The notes under the pieces: generated by a model
What the model was told of the DNA's origin: nothing
Seen by the model: only the letters and a program-made list of their open reading frames with translations
Database searches by the model: none
Translations under genes and position numbers: made by a program
Shown here: in pieces, positions 1 through 12,883 of the stretch
Layout: each line of letters begins with the position of its first letter
Position numbering within the stretch: the first letter of the stretch is position 1
Source: an uncultured Acidobacteriota bacterium
GTDB lineage: Bacteria > Acidobacteriota > Thermoanaerobaculia > UBA5066 > DATFVB01
NCBI GenBank assembly: GCA_963773815.1
Contig: CAVZCI010000016.1
Coordinates: forward strand, 13,569 to 77,568
Direction: 5' to 3'
Length of the DNA stretch: 64,000 nucleotides

Positions 1-444
1 CTTCGCGGCCTTCGCCTCCGCCGGCGGCACGTCCAGGGGAATCGAGGGAATCGACCGCAGCGTCGCCTCGGGGATCGTCTTGACGAGAAGAGCTTCGAAA
101 TCCTTTCGGATCTCGGGCTCGAGCGCCGCCTGGGCATAGGTCGGGAACCGCCGCTCGACCTCCAGGAACCGCGAAAGCGTCTCCCTCACGTCATCCGGCT
201 GTTTCGCTTCCGATTCGGCGACGGCGAGGCGCACGAGGCCCTGGGAGAGGAGAACGGGCCGGTCCAGAAAGCCGAAGCAGGCGATGCGAAATTCGTTGAC
301 CGCGTCGTCGAACCGCCCGGCCTGGACGGCGGCCTTACCGGCGGCGAGCCGATCCGTGTAAAAATCCTGCGCCCGGAGCCGCGGCGCGAGCGCCGCGAGA
401 AAGACGAGAAGGACGAAACGGATGAAGCGTTGACGGGCGGTCAT
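1..444 (-). CDS. secreted TPR-like protein, N-terminal part (gene continues past the left edge)
   Basis: Hand translation of the minus strand from ATG at 444-442 gives MTARQRFIRFVLLVFLAALAPRLRAQDFYTDRLAAGKAAVQAGRFDDAVNEF... It has a signal-peptide-like start and stays open to position 1. It is missing from the ORF track because the window edge truncates it. Confidence 0.5.
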   Translation of the reverse strand, partial: MTARQRFIRFVLLVFLAALAPRLRAQDFYTDRLAAGKAAVQAGRFDDAVNEFRIACFGFLDRPVLLSQGLVRLAVAESEAKQPDDVRETLSRFLEVERRFPTYAQAALEPEIRKDFEALLVKTIPEATLRSIPSIPLDVPPAEAKAAK

Positions 445-1836
445 CGGGAGAAGGACCTCGCGGCCTGGATCGGGTTCGGGCTGTTGCTCGCCCTCGCGGC
501 GAGCGCCCCGTTTCCGTATGGCGCGGTACTGCCCGCCGGGGAGCTGAAGATCGAGATCGCGGCATTCGGTTGTCTCGCGCTCGCGTTTCTCTCGCGCCCG
601 CGGCGCGGCTGGCTCGGCCGGGCCGCATTGCCCGCGGCCGCGGCCGCGGCGATCGCGGCCGTCGGCCTGTTCCAACTGCTTCCCCTTCCACCCGGAGCGC
701 TCGCCCGCGTTTCTCCCATCAGCTCGAAAATCTACCACGAGACCGCGGGAATCCTCCGCACGGCCGGCACGCCGGCGCCGTCACCGAGGATCTCGATCGC
801 GCCGACGGACACCTCGCGGACGATCCTTCTCACCCTCGCCTATATCGCCCTCTTTCTCGGGGCCGCGATCCTTCTGCGTTCGCGAGCTCGCCGCCGCATT
901 TTTGCCGCGGTCGTCGTCGCGAGCGCGGCCATCCAGATGGGGGCGGCGGCCGTGTCGGCCGGAGTGGAGGAGCGGCTCCACGGGCCCTTCATCAATCCCG
1001 ACCACTTCGCCGCCTACCTCGAGATCTCCCTCGCCCTCGCGTTCGGGGCGCTGTGGAGGGAAATTCTGACGGGCGGAGACGCCGCCCGGGGAATCGAAGA
1101 GGGCGCGGCGCGGGTGGAAACGAGAATCCTTCGATTGGGCGGATGGATTCTCCTCTGGGGCTTCATCGGAAGCGGAATCGTCCTGACCCGATCGCGCGGG
1201 GGAATCCTCGCGGCCGTCCTCTCGACGTTCGCGCTCGTCGCGATCGGGTTCGCGAGCCGCCGAAGGAGAAGGCGGTTCCGCACGACGATCGCGGCCGCGC
1301 TCGCGCTGCTGCTGGGCCTCGCTTTCGTCGCCGGCGCCACGAAGAAAGAGGCGATCCTCCGCTTTCTCGCGTCGGATCCCCGCGACATGGGCGCCGACCT
1401 CCGGGTCGGGATCTGGAAAACGTCCGTCGAAACCGCGAACGCATTCCCCGTTTTCGGCTCCGGGCTCGGAAGCTTTCGCGAAGCGTTCCGCCGGTTTCAG
1501 CCGCGCGGAATGGAAGGGCTCGTCGAGCAGGCCCACTGCGACGCTCTCCAGCTGTTCGTGACGGAGGGCTGGATTGGCCTGATCCTCGGGCTCGCGCTCG
1601 TCGCGTCGCTCTTCGCGGTTCTCGGCCGCGCGCTCGCCCGCCAGCCGCATCGGGAGGAGAACGCTTTCGTCCTCGCCGGCATCGGCGCCCTCCTTTCGCT
1701 CGTCCTTCACGGGCTCGTGGACTTCAACATGTCGATTCCCGCGATTCCGGCGACGCTGGCCGCCGTGCTCGGCGCCGCGTGGGCGGCAGGCAGGGACGAA
1801 CGCGTCCATCGCGAGAGGCCGCGATCCGAAAGGTAA
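430..1836 (+). CDS. O-antigen ligase / O-antigen polymerase family membrane protein (Wzy_C-like)
   Basis: 468-aa polytopic membrane ORF. It carries ...LTRSRGGILAAVLS... and the HCDALQLFVTEGWIGLILG motif typical of the family. The start is uncertain because TTG at 430 overlaps the divergent gene. Confidence 0.7.
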   Translation: MTGGHREKDLAAWIGFGLLLALAASAPFPYGAVLPAGELKIEIAAFGCLALAFLSRPRRGWLGRAALPAAAAAAIAAVGLFQLLPLPPGALARVSPISSKIYHETAGILRTAGTPAPSPRISIAPTDTSRTILLTLAYIALFLGAAILLRSRARRRIFAAVVVASAAIQMGAAAVSAGVEERLHGPFINPDHFAAYLEISLALAFGALWREILTGGDAARGIEEGAARVETRILRLGGWILLWGFIGSGIVLTRSRGGILAAVLSTFALVAIGFASRRRRRRFRTTIAAALALLLGLAFVAGATKKEAILRFLASDPRDMGADLRVGIWKTSVETANAFPVFGSGLGSFREAFRRFQPRGMEGLVEQAHCDALQLFVTEGWIGLILGLALVASLFAVLGRALARQPHREENAFVLAGIGALLSLVLHGLVDFNMSIPAIPATLAAVLGAAWAAGRDERVHRERPRSER

Positions 1837-1907
1837 TTCGCGCGGAAAGATTGCCGCCGCGAAGCCGGTCGTGTACGATCGACGCCAGCAATCCGATGGA
1901 GGTTTGA

Positions 1908-2574
1908 ATGACGTTTCGCCGACTGGTTGGAACAGCGATCCTTTCCGTCAGCATTCTTCTTCTTGCCGCCGGCGCTTGCGCGGGATGCGAATCGTCGATC
2001 GGCATCGAGGGAGGCGTGGACTGGACGAAAGCCTCGTTCTCGTCCGACACTCCCGGTTTTCGCGCGCAGGGATCCGCCCGGACCGGTCCGGAGGGCGGGC
2101 TCATCTTCAGCGGCCAGTGCGCGGACCACTTCGGCCTGGCTCTCGAAGCGTTATACGTTCGCCGGGAGACGAAATTCTCCTTTCCCCAGGCGGGCGGTCT
2201 CCCGCCGATCGATGCGCTCTACAAGGTCGACTACATCGACTTTCCGCTGACCGCGTATTTCCTTCTCGCCGAAGACGACAGCCCGATTCGCCCGATCCTC
2301 TTCGTCGGCCCCTCCTTCTCGGCGAGGATCCGGGCGAAATCGGAAAACACGGCCGACGGAGCTATCGCGGGAGTTCGACGTCAAGAACCAGACCCGCTCG
2401 ACGATGATTTCGATTGTCGGCGGCGCGGGCGCGCGCTTTCGGATCGGGCACCGCGCCTGGTTCACGCTCGACGGGCGGTACGTCTACGGCCTCACGAACA
2501 TCTCGCGTTCCGGCAGCGACTGGAAGACGCGCGACATCCAGGTGATGGCCGGGTTCCTGTTCGGGTTGTTCTAG
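1908..2574 (+). CDS. outer-membrane beta-barrel protein with an apparent frame break near 2365
   Basis: The N-terminus has a lipoprotein-like signal (LLLAAGACAGC) followed by alternating beta-strand sequence. The C-terminus, found only in frame 1, reads EFDVKNQTRSTMISIVGGAGARFRIGHRAWFTLDGRYVYGLTNISRSGSDWKTRDIQVMAGFLFGLF*, ending in an aromatic residue as OM barrels typically do. Confidence 0.65.
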
Positions 2575-2797
2575 AAGAAGCTCGGCCCGATTCGCGGCGC
2601 CAGCCCCGCGGGTTCGTTCGCAACACCTTCTCGTCGCGGCCGCGAAACTCGCCGCGTCTTGAAGGGCCTCGCCATCCGCGGTTCCCGACTCCGGCTCGGC
2701 CATGTCCGGTCGCTCAGACAACGACGTCGGTTCCTCGAAGGAGTTGCTCACGAACCCATGAGCGACCTTCCGAACCGGCCCTTCGCTCCGGTGATTG

Positions 2798-3502
2798 CTA
2801 TTTCGGGGCCTTGTAGACGACCCGCCCCCGCCGGTCGAACAGGACGAGCGACGAGGCTTCGGTATCCGCGCTCGCTCCCGTCCCCGCTTCCTTGAGCGCC
2901 GTGCAACCGAGCGAGGCGCGAATCGAGCCGTCGTCGTCGAGCAGCTTCAGGGTCGGACAGCCGTCGGACCGCACCGCCACCCGCGCGCGAGGCTTTTCCG
3001 AGGAGCCGGCCAGGCTCAACGCCGCCTCCCCGTCCGCCAGGATCGCGAGCGACGCCCGGGGTTTTCCCGGCTCGTCGGACAGCTCGATCTTCGGAGCGCC
3101 GGAGAGCGACAGCTCCGGTGAGCCGTCCCCCGCGAGCCTCAGCGAAGCTCTCGAAGAATCCGTCCGGTCGAGAAGGTCCAGCCGCGGCGCGCCGTCCTCC
3201 CCGACGACGAGGGCGGCTCGCGGATGCCCGGCGCCGTTGTTCAGCGAGATCGTCGCGCCGCCCCGGCCGACCGCGAGCGAGGCGCGAACGGTGCCCTTCT
3301 GGTCGACGAGACGGAACTCGGTCGCCTCCACGAGCTTCGTTCGGGACTTCGAGGCCGCGGCTCCGAGCCCGAACCAGGCGGCGCCGGCAATTCCGGCGAG
3401 CATCGTCGCGCGTTTCCATCGACGCGCCTGAATTTCGAGTTTTGCAATGCGATCTTCCAGAGTTTCAGGATCTCGTTCCATGGATACGACCTCCTTTTCC
3501 AT
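2798..3502 (-). CDS. membrane-anchored hypothetical protein with internal ~20-25 aa repeats
   Basis: ATG at 3502 is preceded by AGGTGAG. There is one TM segment (MLAGIAGAAWFGLGAAA). A motif ..(K/S)xRAxL..DG.P.L.L.. then recurs 6-7 times. Confidence 0.55.
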   Translation of the reverse strand: MEKEVVSMERDPETLEDRIAKLEIQARRWKRATMLAGIAGAAWFGLGAAASKSRTKLVEATEFRLVDQKGTVRASLAVGRGGATISLNNGAGHPRAALVVGEDGAPRLDLLDRTDSSRASLRLAGDGSPELSLSGAPKIELSDEPGKPRASLAILADGEAALSLAGSSEKPRARVAVRSDGCPTLKLLDDDGSIRASLGCTALKEAGTGASADTEASSLVLFDRRGRVVYKAPK

Positions 3503-3531
3503 GATCTCACCTGCCAACCCCACCCCAGGAC

Positions 3532-6113
<2,582 letters not shown>

Positions 6114-6126
6114 TGCCGCCAATGCT

Positions 6127-6205
6127 GTCATCGCGAGGCCGCAAAGCGGCCGTGGCGATCTGCTCTGGGATCAGATTGCTTCGTCGCTTCGCTCCTCGCA
6201 ATGAC
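6127..6205. repeat. inverted pair of REP-like hairpin units (GTCATCGCGAGG...GATCTG / CAGATTGC...GCAATGAC)
   Basis: Unit 6127-6162 is about 75% complementary to unit 6172-6205. The same unit recurs at 28628-28661 and 41167-41194. Confidence 0.6.
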
Positions 6206-6225
6206 GGAATGGTGCCGGTTCGAGC

Positions 6226-8867
6226 ATGACTCTGACCGCGGGAGTTCGCCTCGGTCCCTACGAGATCCTCGCGCCGATCGGTGCCGGGGGCATGGGAGAG
6301 GTCTACCGCGCGAAAGACACGCGCCTCGGCCGAGACGTCGCCGTCAAGGTGCTGCCGTCGCACCTCTCCGACAGTCCCGAGCTCAAAGCGCGATTCGAGC
6401 GCGAAGCGCGGGCGATCTCGCAGTTGTCGCATCCGCACATCTGCGCTCTCTACGACGTGGGCAACGCCGACGGAGTCGAATACCTCGTCATGGAGCTGCT
6501 CGAGGGGCAGAGCCTCTCGGAACGGCTCGAGAAAGGCCCTCTCCCGACGGATCAGGTCCTGAGATTCGGCGTGGAGATCGCGGACGCCCTGGACAAGGCT
6601 CACAAGCAGGGGATCGTCCATCGGGACCTGAAGCCGGGGAACATCATGCTGACGAAGTCGGGGGTCAAGCTCCTCGATTTCGGGCTCGCGAAACTCGGAG
6701 CGGCGACCGCGGCGAAAGAGATTTCGCAGCTCTCGTCCCTTCCGACCGAGCTCTCCCCGTCGCAGCCCCTGACCGAACAGGGCACGGTCATGGGCACGTT
6801 TCAGTACATGGCGCCGGAACAGCTCGAAGGAAAGGACGCGGACTCCCGTTCGGACATCTTCTCGTTCGGCTGCGTGCTCTACGAGATGTCGACGGGCCGG
6901 AAGGCGTTCACCGGACGGAGCCGCGCGAGCATGATCGCGGCGATCCTCGAGCACGAGCCGGCGCCGATCTCTTCGATCTCGCCGATGACGCCGCCCGCTC
7001 TCGACCGCGTCGTCAAGAAGTGCCTGGCCAAGGATCCCGAGGAGCGATGGCAGAGCGCGCGCGACGTCAAGAGCGAGCTCGCGTGGATCGCCGAGGCGGG
7101 ATCGCAGGCGGGGGCGCCGGCGACGGTCGTCTCGCACCGGAAGAACCGGGAGAAGCTCGCGTGGATTCTCGCGGGCGCGGCCGCCGCGATCGCGCTCGCG
7201 CTCGGCTACCGGATCGCCTCCGCGCCGAAACCCGTGAAGCGGGCGCCGCACTTCGCGCTGGCCAAACCCGCGAACGCCCCGTTCGAATATTTCGATTCGG
7301 TGGCCCCTTCCCCGGACGGCAGCCTCGTCGCGTTCGTCGCGCATTCCCCGGACGAAAAGCGATCGCTCTGGGTGCGCCCGGTCGATTCGCTCGAGGCCCG
7401 GGCTCTTCCCGGCACGGAAGACGTTCAGTATCCCTTCTGGTCTCCCGACAGCCGCTTCCTCGGTTTCTTCGCCGCCGGAAAGCTCAAGAAGATCGACTCG
7501 CGCGGCGGGCCGGCCGAGAACCTGTGCGACGCGCCGGAACCGTACGGCGGCTCGTGGGGCTCCCGCGGCGTGATCGTCTTCGAGGGAAAGGACCTCGGCG
7601 GGATCTCGAAGGTTTCGGCGGAGGGCGGGAGCGTGACGCCGGTGACTTCGCTCGCGCCGGGAGACGAAGCGCACCGCTGGCCGGTCTTTCTTCCCGACGG
7701 CGACCATTTCCTTTTTCTCGTCGACGCGAACAAGACGGAGGGCCACTGGATCGGACTGTCCTCGGTCACGTCCGGCCGCGTCACCCACCTCGCGCACGCG
7801 ATCTCCGATTTCGCTTACAGCCCGAGCGGGCATCTGATCTTCGTCAAGTCGGGGAGCCTCGTCGCGCAGCGGTTCGACCCGGGAAAGCTCCGCCTCTCCG
7901 GAGACCCCGTTCCGATCGGCGACAACCCCGTCGAGATCGCGCCGAATCACCGCTTCGACTTTGGAGTCTCGGCGAACGGACTGCTCGTCTACCTGAGCGC
8001 GGACCCGAGGCGGCAATTCGTCTGGTTCGACCGGTCGGGAAAGCGCCTCGGCACGGCCGGCGAGGCGGGCCGCTACGGGATTTTCGAGCTCTCTCCGGAC
8101 GACGGCCGCGTCGCGTTCGAGAAGCTCGACAACGACGGGAGAAATGGAAATCTCTGGGCGCTCGACCTCTCGCGCGGCTTCACGACGCGCCTCACGACCG
8201 ATTCGGGGTCGGACTGGAGCCCGCTCTGGACTCCCGACGGCAAGTCGATCATTTTCGGATCCGGCCGCACCGGCGTCGGAAATTTCTACGAGACTTCTTC
8301 CGCCGGCGGAGGCGAAGACCGAATGATCCTGAAATGCGCCGCCGGCAATTACTCTTACTCGGTCTCGCCCGACGGAAGGAACCTGATCTATTCCGTTTTC
8401 GGCGAGGGCACGAAGGAAGACCTCTGGCTCCTGCCGCTCGAGGGACGCCCGACCCCCGGCCGTTCCGAGCCACTCCGTTCGCCGAGTCCCAGGCTCAATT
8501 CTCGCCCGACGGCCGGTGGGTTGCCTTCACGGCCGACGACTCGGGGCGCCCGGAGGTGTACGTCCGCTCGGCCACGGACCCGTCGGAGCAGTCGAGAATC
8601 TCGGCCGACGGAGGGATGCGGCCGAGGTGGCGGCGCGACGGCAAGGAGCTCTTTTTTTTCAGCGGCGGCAGGCTCATGGCCGCAAGCGTCTCCGAGAGCC
8701 CCGCGTTCCGCGCCGGGGAGCCGAAGGAGCTCTTCGCGGCCCGGATCTGGAGCGACTACGCGGTCTCGAAGGACGGCCAGCGCTTCCTGATCTCGACGAG
8801 CCCCTCGGAGCGCGCGGAGCCGGCGGCGGTCGCCGTTCTGAACTGGACGGCCGCGATCAAGGAGTAG
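6226..8867 (+). CDS. Ser/Thr protein kinase fused to a TolB-like beta-propeller (paralog of the upstream gene); apparent frame break near 8445
   Basis: It shares the kinase motifs of its neighbour ([26 protein letters not shown]), a TM segment, and PD40-like repeats (SPDG..., WSPDS...). The C-terminus continues in the frame of ORF 6201..8867 (...FSPDGRWVAFTADDSGRPEVYV...). Confidence 0.85.
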
Positions 8868-8910
8868 AAAAACCCGCGCGGGCGCGTCGCCTGCGAAACA
8901 GAGTCATGGT

Positions 8911-8982
8911 TCGGGGAGGAAGGATTCGAACCTTCAATAGGCGGCTCCAAAGGCCGCTGCCCTACCGTTAGGCGACTCCCCA
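8911..8982 (-). tRNA. tRNA-Gln (anticodon UUG)
   Basis: Manual cloverleaf: UGGGGAG/CUCCCCG acceptor stem, GCC..GGC D stem, GCGGC-CUUUGGA-GCCGC anticodon arm, GAAGG-UUCGAAU-CCUUC T arm. The 5' half closely resembles E. coli tRNA-Gln. Confidence 0.85.
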
Positions 8983-8998
8983 GCGGAGACGCCGCAGT

Positions 8999-10650
8999 CT
9001 ACTGCGAAGCGGTGTCCGAGGATATCGTCGGCCGCGCCTCGGACTCCTTGTCGTGGAGGCCGAGAACCTTGAACAGCGGCACCTGGGATGCGAGGCCTTT
9101 GAGCGCGAAGAACCCCATCTGCGCGGCGCGCACGTTTTCCTTCACGGCTTCGTGGGTCTCCGGCCCGATGACGATGTCGCCCGGCGCGGCGACGAACTCC
9201 TCGATCCGGGCCGCGATATTCACCGCGTTGCCGAGAACCGTGTAGTCCACGCGCCGGTCGGAGCCGATCTCCCCGACGACGACCTCGCCGGAATTGATCG
9301 CGATGCGAACCTCGACGGCGCGCTCCCCTTCCGATTCGCGCTGCCGGTTCCAGCCCTCGATCGCCTCGCGGATCTTCAACGCCGCCTGAATCGCGCGCCA
9401 CGCGTGGTCCGGCTGGTCGATCGGCGCGCCGAAGAACGCCATCGCCTCGTCGCCGATGAACTTGTCGAGGGTCCCCCCGACCGAGAACACGGCTTCGGCC
9501 GCGAACGTGAAGAACGTGTTCAGCAGCGTCGCGATCGCCTCCGGCGCGAGGCGCTCCGAAAGCGTCGTGAAACCGACGAGATCCGCGAAGAGCACGGTGA
9601 CGTTTTTCGTTCTCGCCCGCTTCAGGGAGCCGGTCGCGGCGGAGTCGGCGATGATTTCGTCGATGACGGCCGGCGAATGGTACCGCTCGAGCCGCATCCG
9701 GATCCTCTTGTCTTCTTCGATGCGGGCGTGCAGGCTCGCGCGCTCGATCGCGACCGCGGCGAAATTCGCGAGCGCGGTCAGGAGGTCGAGATCTTCGCTC
9801 TTGAACGATCCGACATGGAGCGGCGAGTCGACATGAATGACTCCCGTGACGTTACCGCTCTCCCACAGCGGCACGCACATCGCGGAACGAATCTGCTGCA
9901 TCCGAATCGACTTTCCCATGTCGAACCGCTCGTCGGCCTGCGCGTCGGAAGTCAGGAACGCGACTTTCTGTCGAACGACCATGTCCAACGATCGTGCGCG
10001 AAAACGGCGCCTCGCCTTCGGCGCTCACCGGCACCCGCGCGGACTTCACCCGGGCGACGCGCGTCTTGAGCTCTCCGCTCTCGTCGGCGAGCAGCAGGAA
10101 AGCCCGATCTACTGGAAGGTACTCGAAGACGAGGTCCATGACCTTGTCGAGAACCGTCTCCACCTTCATCCGCGGAAATCAAGGTCTTGGCGACCTGAAC
10201 GAGGATCTCGAAGACCTTGTTCTTGTACGCGAGGTCGAGCACGCCGCGTTTGCGGAGCATCGTCGACTCTCCGGCGAAAGGGGTTCCCTTCTCGAGGCCG
10301 AAACCTTCGTTGAATTCCGCGAGCGGGCGGATGAACGTGGACGTCGAATCCTTCTTTCCGGCCGGGCGGGGGTACGTCGCGATCGAGGGGTCGTCGCGCA
10401 TGCGCAGCGTGAACGTTCCGACGGAAATCTGGTCGCCGTCCTTGACGACCGACTGCGGCAGCGGCTTTCCGTTCACCCGAACGCCGTTTGTCGAACGGTT
10501 GTCCTTGAGCACCCAATCGTCTTTTTCCTTGACGATGATCGCGTGCTTTCGCGAGACGGAAAAATCGTTGAGCACGACGTCGTTTTCCGACGATCGCCCG
10601 ATCGACACTTCTTCTTTCAGAAGGGTGTAGACCTGGGGCCGGCCGTCCAC
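8999..10650 (-). CDS. FHA - GAF - class III adenylate/guanylate cyclase; at least two apparent frame breaks (~9988, ~10170)
   Basis: The FHA part reads VSIGRSSENDVVLNDFSVSRKHA...NGVRVNG. The GAF part is split over two frames. The cyclase domain reads VTVLFADLVGFTTLSE...FIGDEAMAFFGAP...NSGEVVVGEIG...YTVLGNAVNIAAR. Confidence 0.85.
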
Positions 10651-10891
10651 TTCGTAGAAGAGCTGGGATCACTGCGGAGATTTTATCCCGAAAGCCTCGC
10701 TCGCCTCGACCTCGGGGCCGCCCGGTCGCCACCTTCCGGCTGTCCGTGGAGCCTTCAAACGGTTCTTACTCGCGCCAAGGGCGTTCCACTCCAGCGGGCA
10801 GGCGGAAAGGTATCCGGCGCAGGACCCTCGGTCAGGCATCGCTCCGGAGGTCGAGCTCCAAATCCGGACCCCAAGGCTCGCGCCGAGCGAC

Positions 10892-11965
10892 CTACTCCGG
10901 CGGCTGAAACTGGATCCGCACCTGTCTTCATCGACGCGATCGGGCCCCGGGACCCGTCGCGGGCCGGTACTTCCACCGCGAGACCGCCTGCACGGCGGCG
11001 TCGGTCATTCCCATCAGCCCCTCGCGCTTGACCTCGACCTTCGTCACGTTTCCCTCCGCGTCGATCGAGATCTGGAGGACGACGGTTCCCGACGCCCGAG
11101 CCGCGAGCGCGGCCGCGGGATAGATCGGATCCACTTTTTCGACGAGGACCGCCTGCGCGATCGGGAAACTCTCCGGCGCGACGCCGGCGGGAGGAACCGT
11201 CTCCGTCGCCGGCTGGGCCGGGGGCGCGGCCGGCGTTCCGTCGTGAAACGGCGGCTCGGACGCGATCGGGGGATTCTCCTCCGAGACCGCGATTCCCCGC
11301 ACGACCTTTCCGGAGCCGGGCACGAGAGCGGGCTCCGACGGGTTCGCCGGCACGATGTCCACGTCCCGCGAAGCGACGAAACCGAGACCGCCGTCGGGCA
11401 GCTTGACCGCGTAGAACGCGTGGTCCACCGAATAGATGTCGAGCGAAGCGCCCTGTTCCGCCCGCCCCCAGACCGGGGCGAAGGAGAACGGAGCGAGGAG
11501 CAGCGGGGTCGCTTCCGCAACGTCTCCCGACAACGGCTGGAACTTGAAGATCGTCTCGGCCCGCCGCGTGCGCGCCGCCCGGTCGGCTTCCCGCTCGACG
11601 GAGCGGGTCGGCACGAAGCCTTCCCGCGTCGAACCGGCGCGAACCCGGCACCAGAGGCCGCGCCGTTCGAGGATCGTCACCGGAGTGCCCCGGGCCAGGT
11701 CGGTGACCCGCGCGGCCCGGGGGTCGGCGTCGGTCCGCACGACCGCTTCGGCTTCCGAGACGACCGCGGCTTCGGGGCTCGCGGTCTCCTCCGGCGGAGG
11801 AACGAACCGCCGCGACCGCCGGGGCGCGAAGATCAGCGTGAGAACGAGGAGAAGAGTCGACGCGACCCCGATTCCGACCGGGAGGAACTTCTTCACTTCC
11901 GGCCGCTGCCAGAAACCGGGGGGCGGACGCCGCGCCGGGGACGGGGGACGATTCTCCGCGTTCAC
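10892..11965 (-). CDS. TonB C-terminal-domain protein with TM anchor and SH3-like segment; two nearby compensating frame breaks at the 3' end
   Basis: It has a TM segment (FLPVGIGVASTLLLVLTLIF), a Pro-rich linker, and a TonB_C-like sequence (VEKVDPIYPAAALAARASGTVVLQISIDAEGNVTKVEV). The classic end VRIQFQPPE* appears only after leaving and re-entering the frame at about 10925-10950. The GTG start overlaps the argF stop as GTGA. Confidence 0.65.
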
Positions 11966-12876
11966 GACATCAACGAGACGAGAATCGCCTTCTGGGCATG
12001 GAGGCGATTCTCCGCCTGATCGAAGATCGCGGACTTCGGCCCGTCCGCGACGGCCGCCGAGACTTCTTCTCCGCGGTGGGCCGGCAGGCAATGGAGAAAG
12101 ATGGAATCCGGAGCGGACCGGGCCATCAATCGCTCATCGACCGTGAAGCCCCGGAACTTTTCGATTCTCTCGGCCGCTTCCTTTTCCTGCCCCATCGACG
12201 CCCAGACGTCCGTATAGACGATATTCGCCCCGGCGACGCCTTCGTCCGGCGAGTGCAGGACGTCGACGCGGGCTCCCGTCGCGCGCGCGTCTTCCTTCGC
12301 GGCGGCCACGATTTCGGGCTTCGGGCCGTATCCTTCCGGCGTGACGATCGAGACCGAGAGGCCCGTCTTCGCGCCGCCGAACAGCAGCGAGTGCGCCATG
12401 TTGTTTCCGTCGCCCACGTAGGCGAGCTTGAGCCCTTCGAGACGCCCGAACCTCTCCCGGATCGTCTGGAGATCGGCCATCACCTGGCAGGGGTGAAGCA
12501 GGTCGGTGAGGCCGTTGACGACCGGAATCGTCGCGTGCTTCGCGAGCTCCGTGACCGTCTCGTGCGCGAACGTCCGCGCCATGATTCCGTCCACGTAGCG
12601 GGAGAGGACGCGCGCGGTGTCCGCGATCGGCTCGCCCCGCCCGATCTGGAGATCGCGGGACGAAAGAAACATCGCGAGCCCCCCGAGCTGGTACATCCCC
12701 GCCTCGAAGGACACGCGGGTCCTCGTGGACGATTTTTCGAAAATCATCGCGAGCGTCTTGCCCGAGAGCGCCGTCCGATACTTCGGGCGGTTCTTCTTGA
12801 CGTCGGCCGCGAGATCGAGCATCGCCGCGATCTCGCCGGGTGAAAAATCGTGAATCGAAACAAAATCCTTCTTCAT
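11962..12876 (-). CDS. arcB: ornithine carbamoyltransferase (likely catabolic, given the ADI operon context)
   Basis: Contains STRTR, HPCQ and HCLP motifs. Full-length match to the OTCase family, starting at MKKDFVSIHDF. Confidence 0.9.
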   Translation of the reverse strand: MKKDFVSIHDFSPGEIAAMLDLAADVKKNRPKYRTALSGKTLAMIFEKSSTRTRVSFEAGMYQLGGLAMFLSSRDLQIGRGEPIADTARVLSRYVDGIMARTFAHETVTELAKHATIPVVNGLTDLLHPCQVMADLQTIRERFGRLEGLKLAYVGDGNNMAHSLLFGGAKTGLSVSIVTPEGYGPKPEIVAAAKEDARATGARVDVLHSPDEGVAGANIVYTDVWASMGQEKEAAERIEKFRGFTVDERLMARSAPDSIFLHCLPAHRGEEVSAAVADGPKSAIFDQAENRLHAQKAILVSLMS

Positions 12877-12883
12877 CTTCTCC

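Noticed and set aside
335-1907. Several overlapping ORFs (335..691-, 441..719-, 570..1907+, 781..1809-) covering the O-antigen ligase gene
   Set aside because: Their translations are Arg/Pro/Gly-rich low-complexity strings typical of out-of-frame or antisense reading of GC-rich coding DNA. Only the 430..1836 frame gives a coherent membrane protein.
8908-8910. Encoded CCA end on tRNA-Gln
   Set aside because: The bases after the discriminator read ACC(A), not CCA. CCA is presumably added post-transcriptionally, so the feature is ended at the discriminator base.
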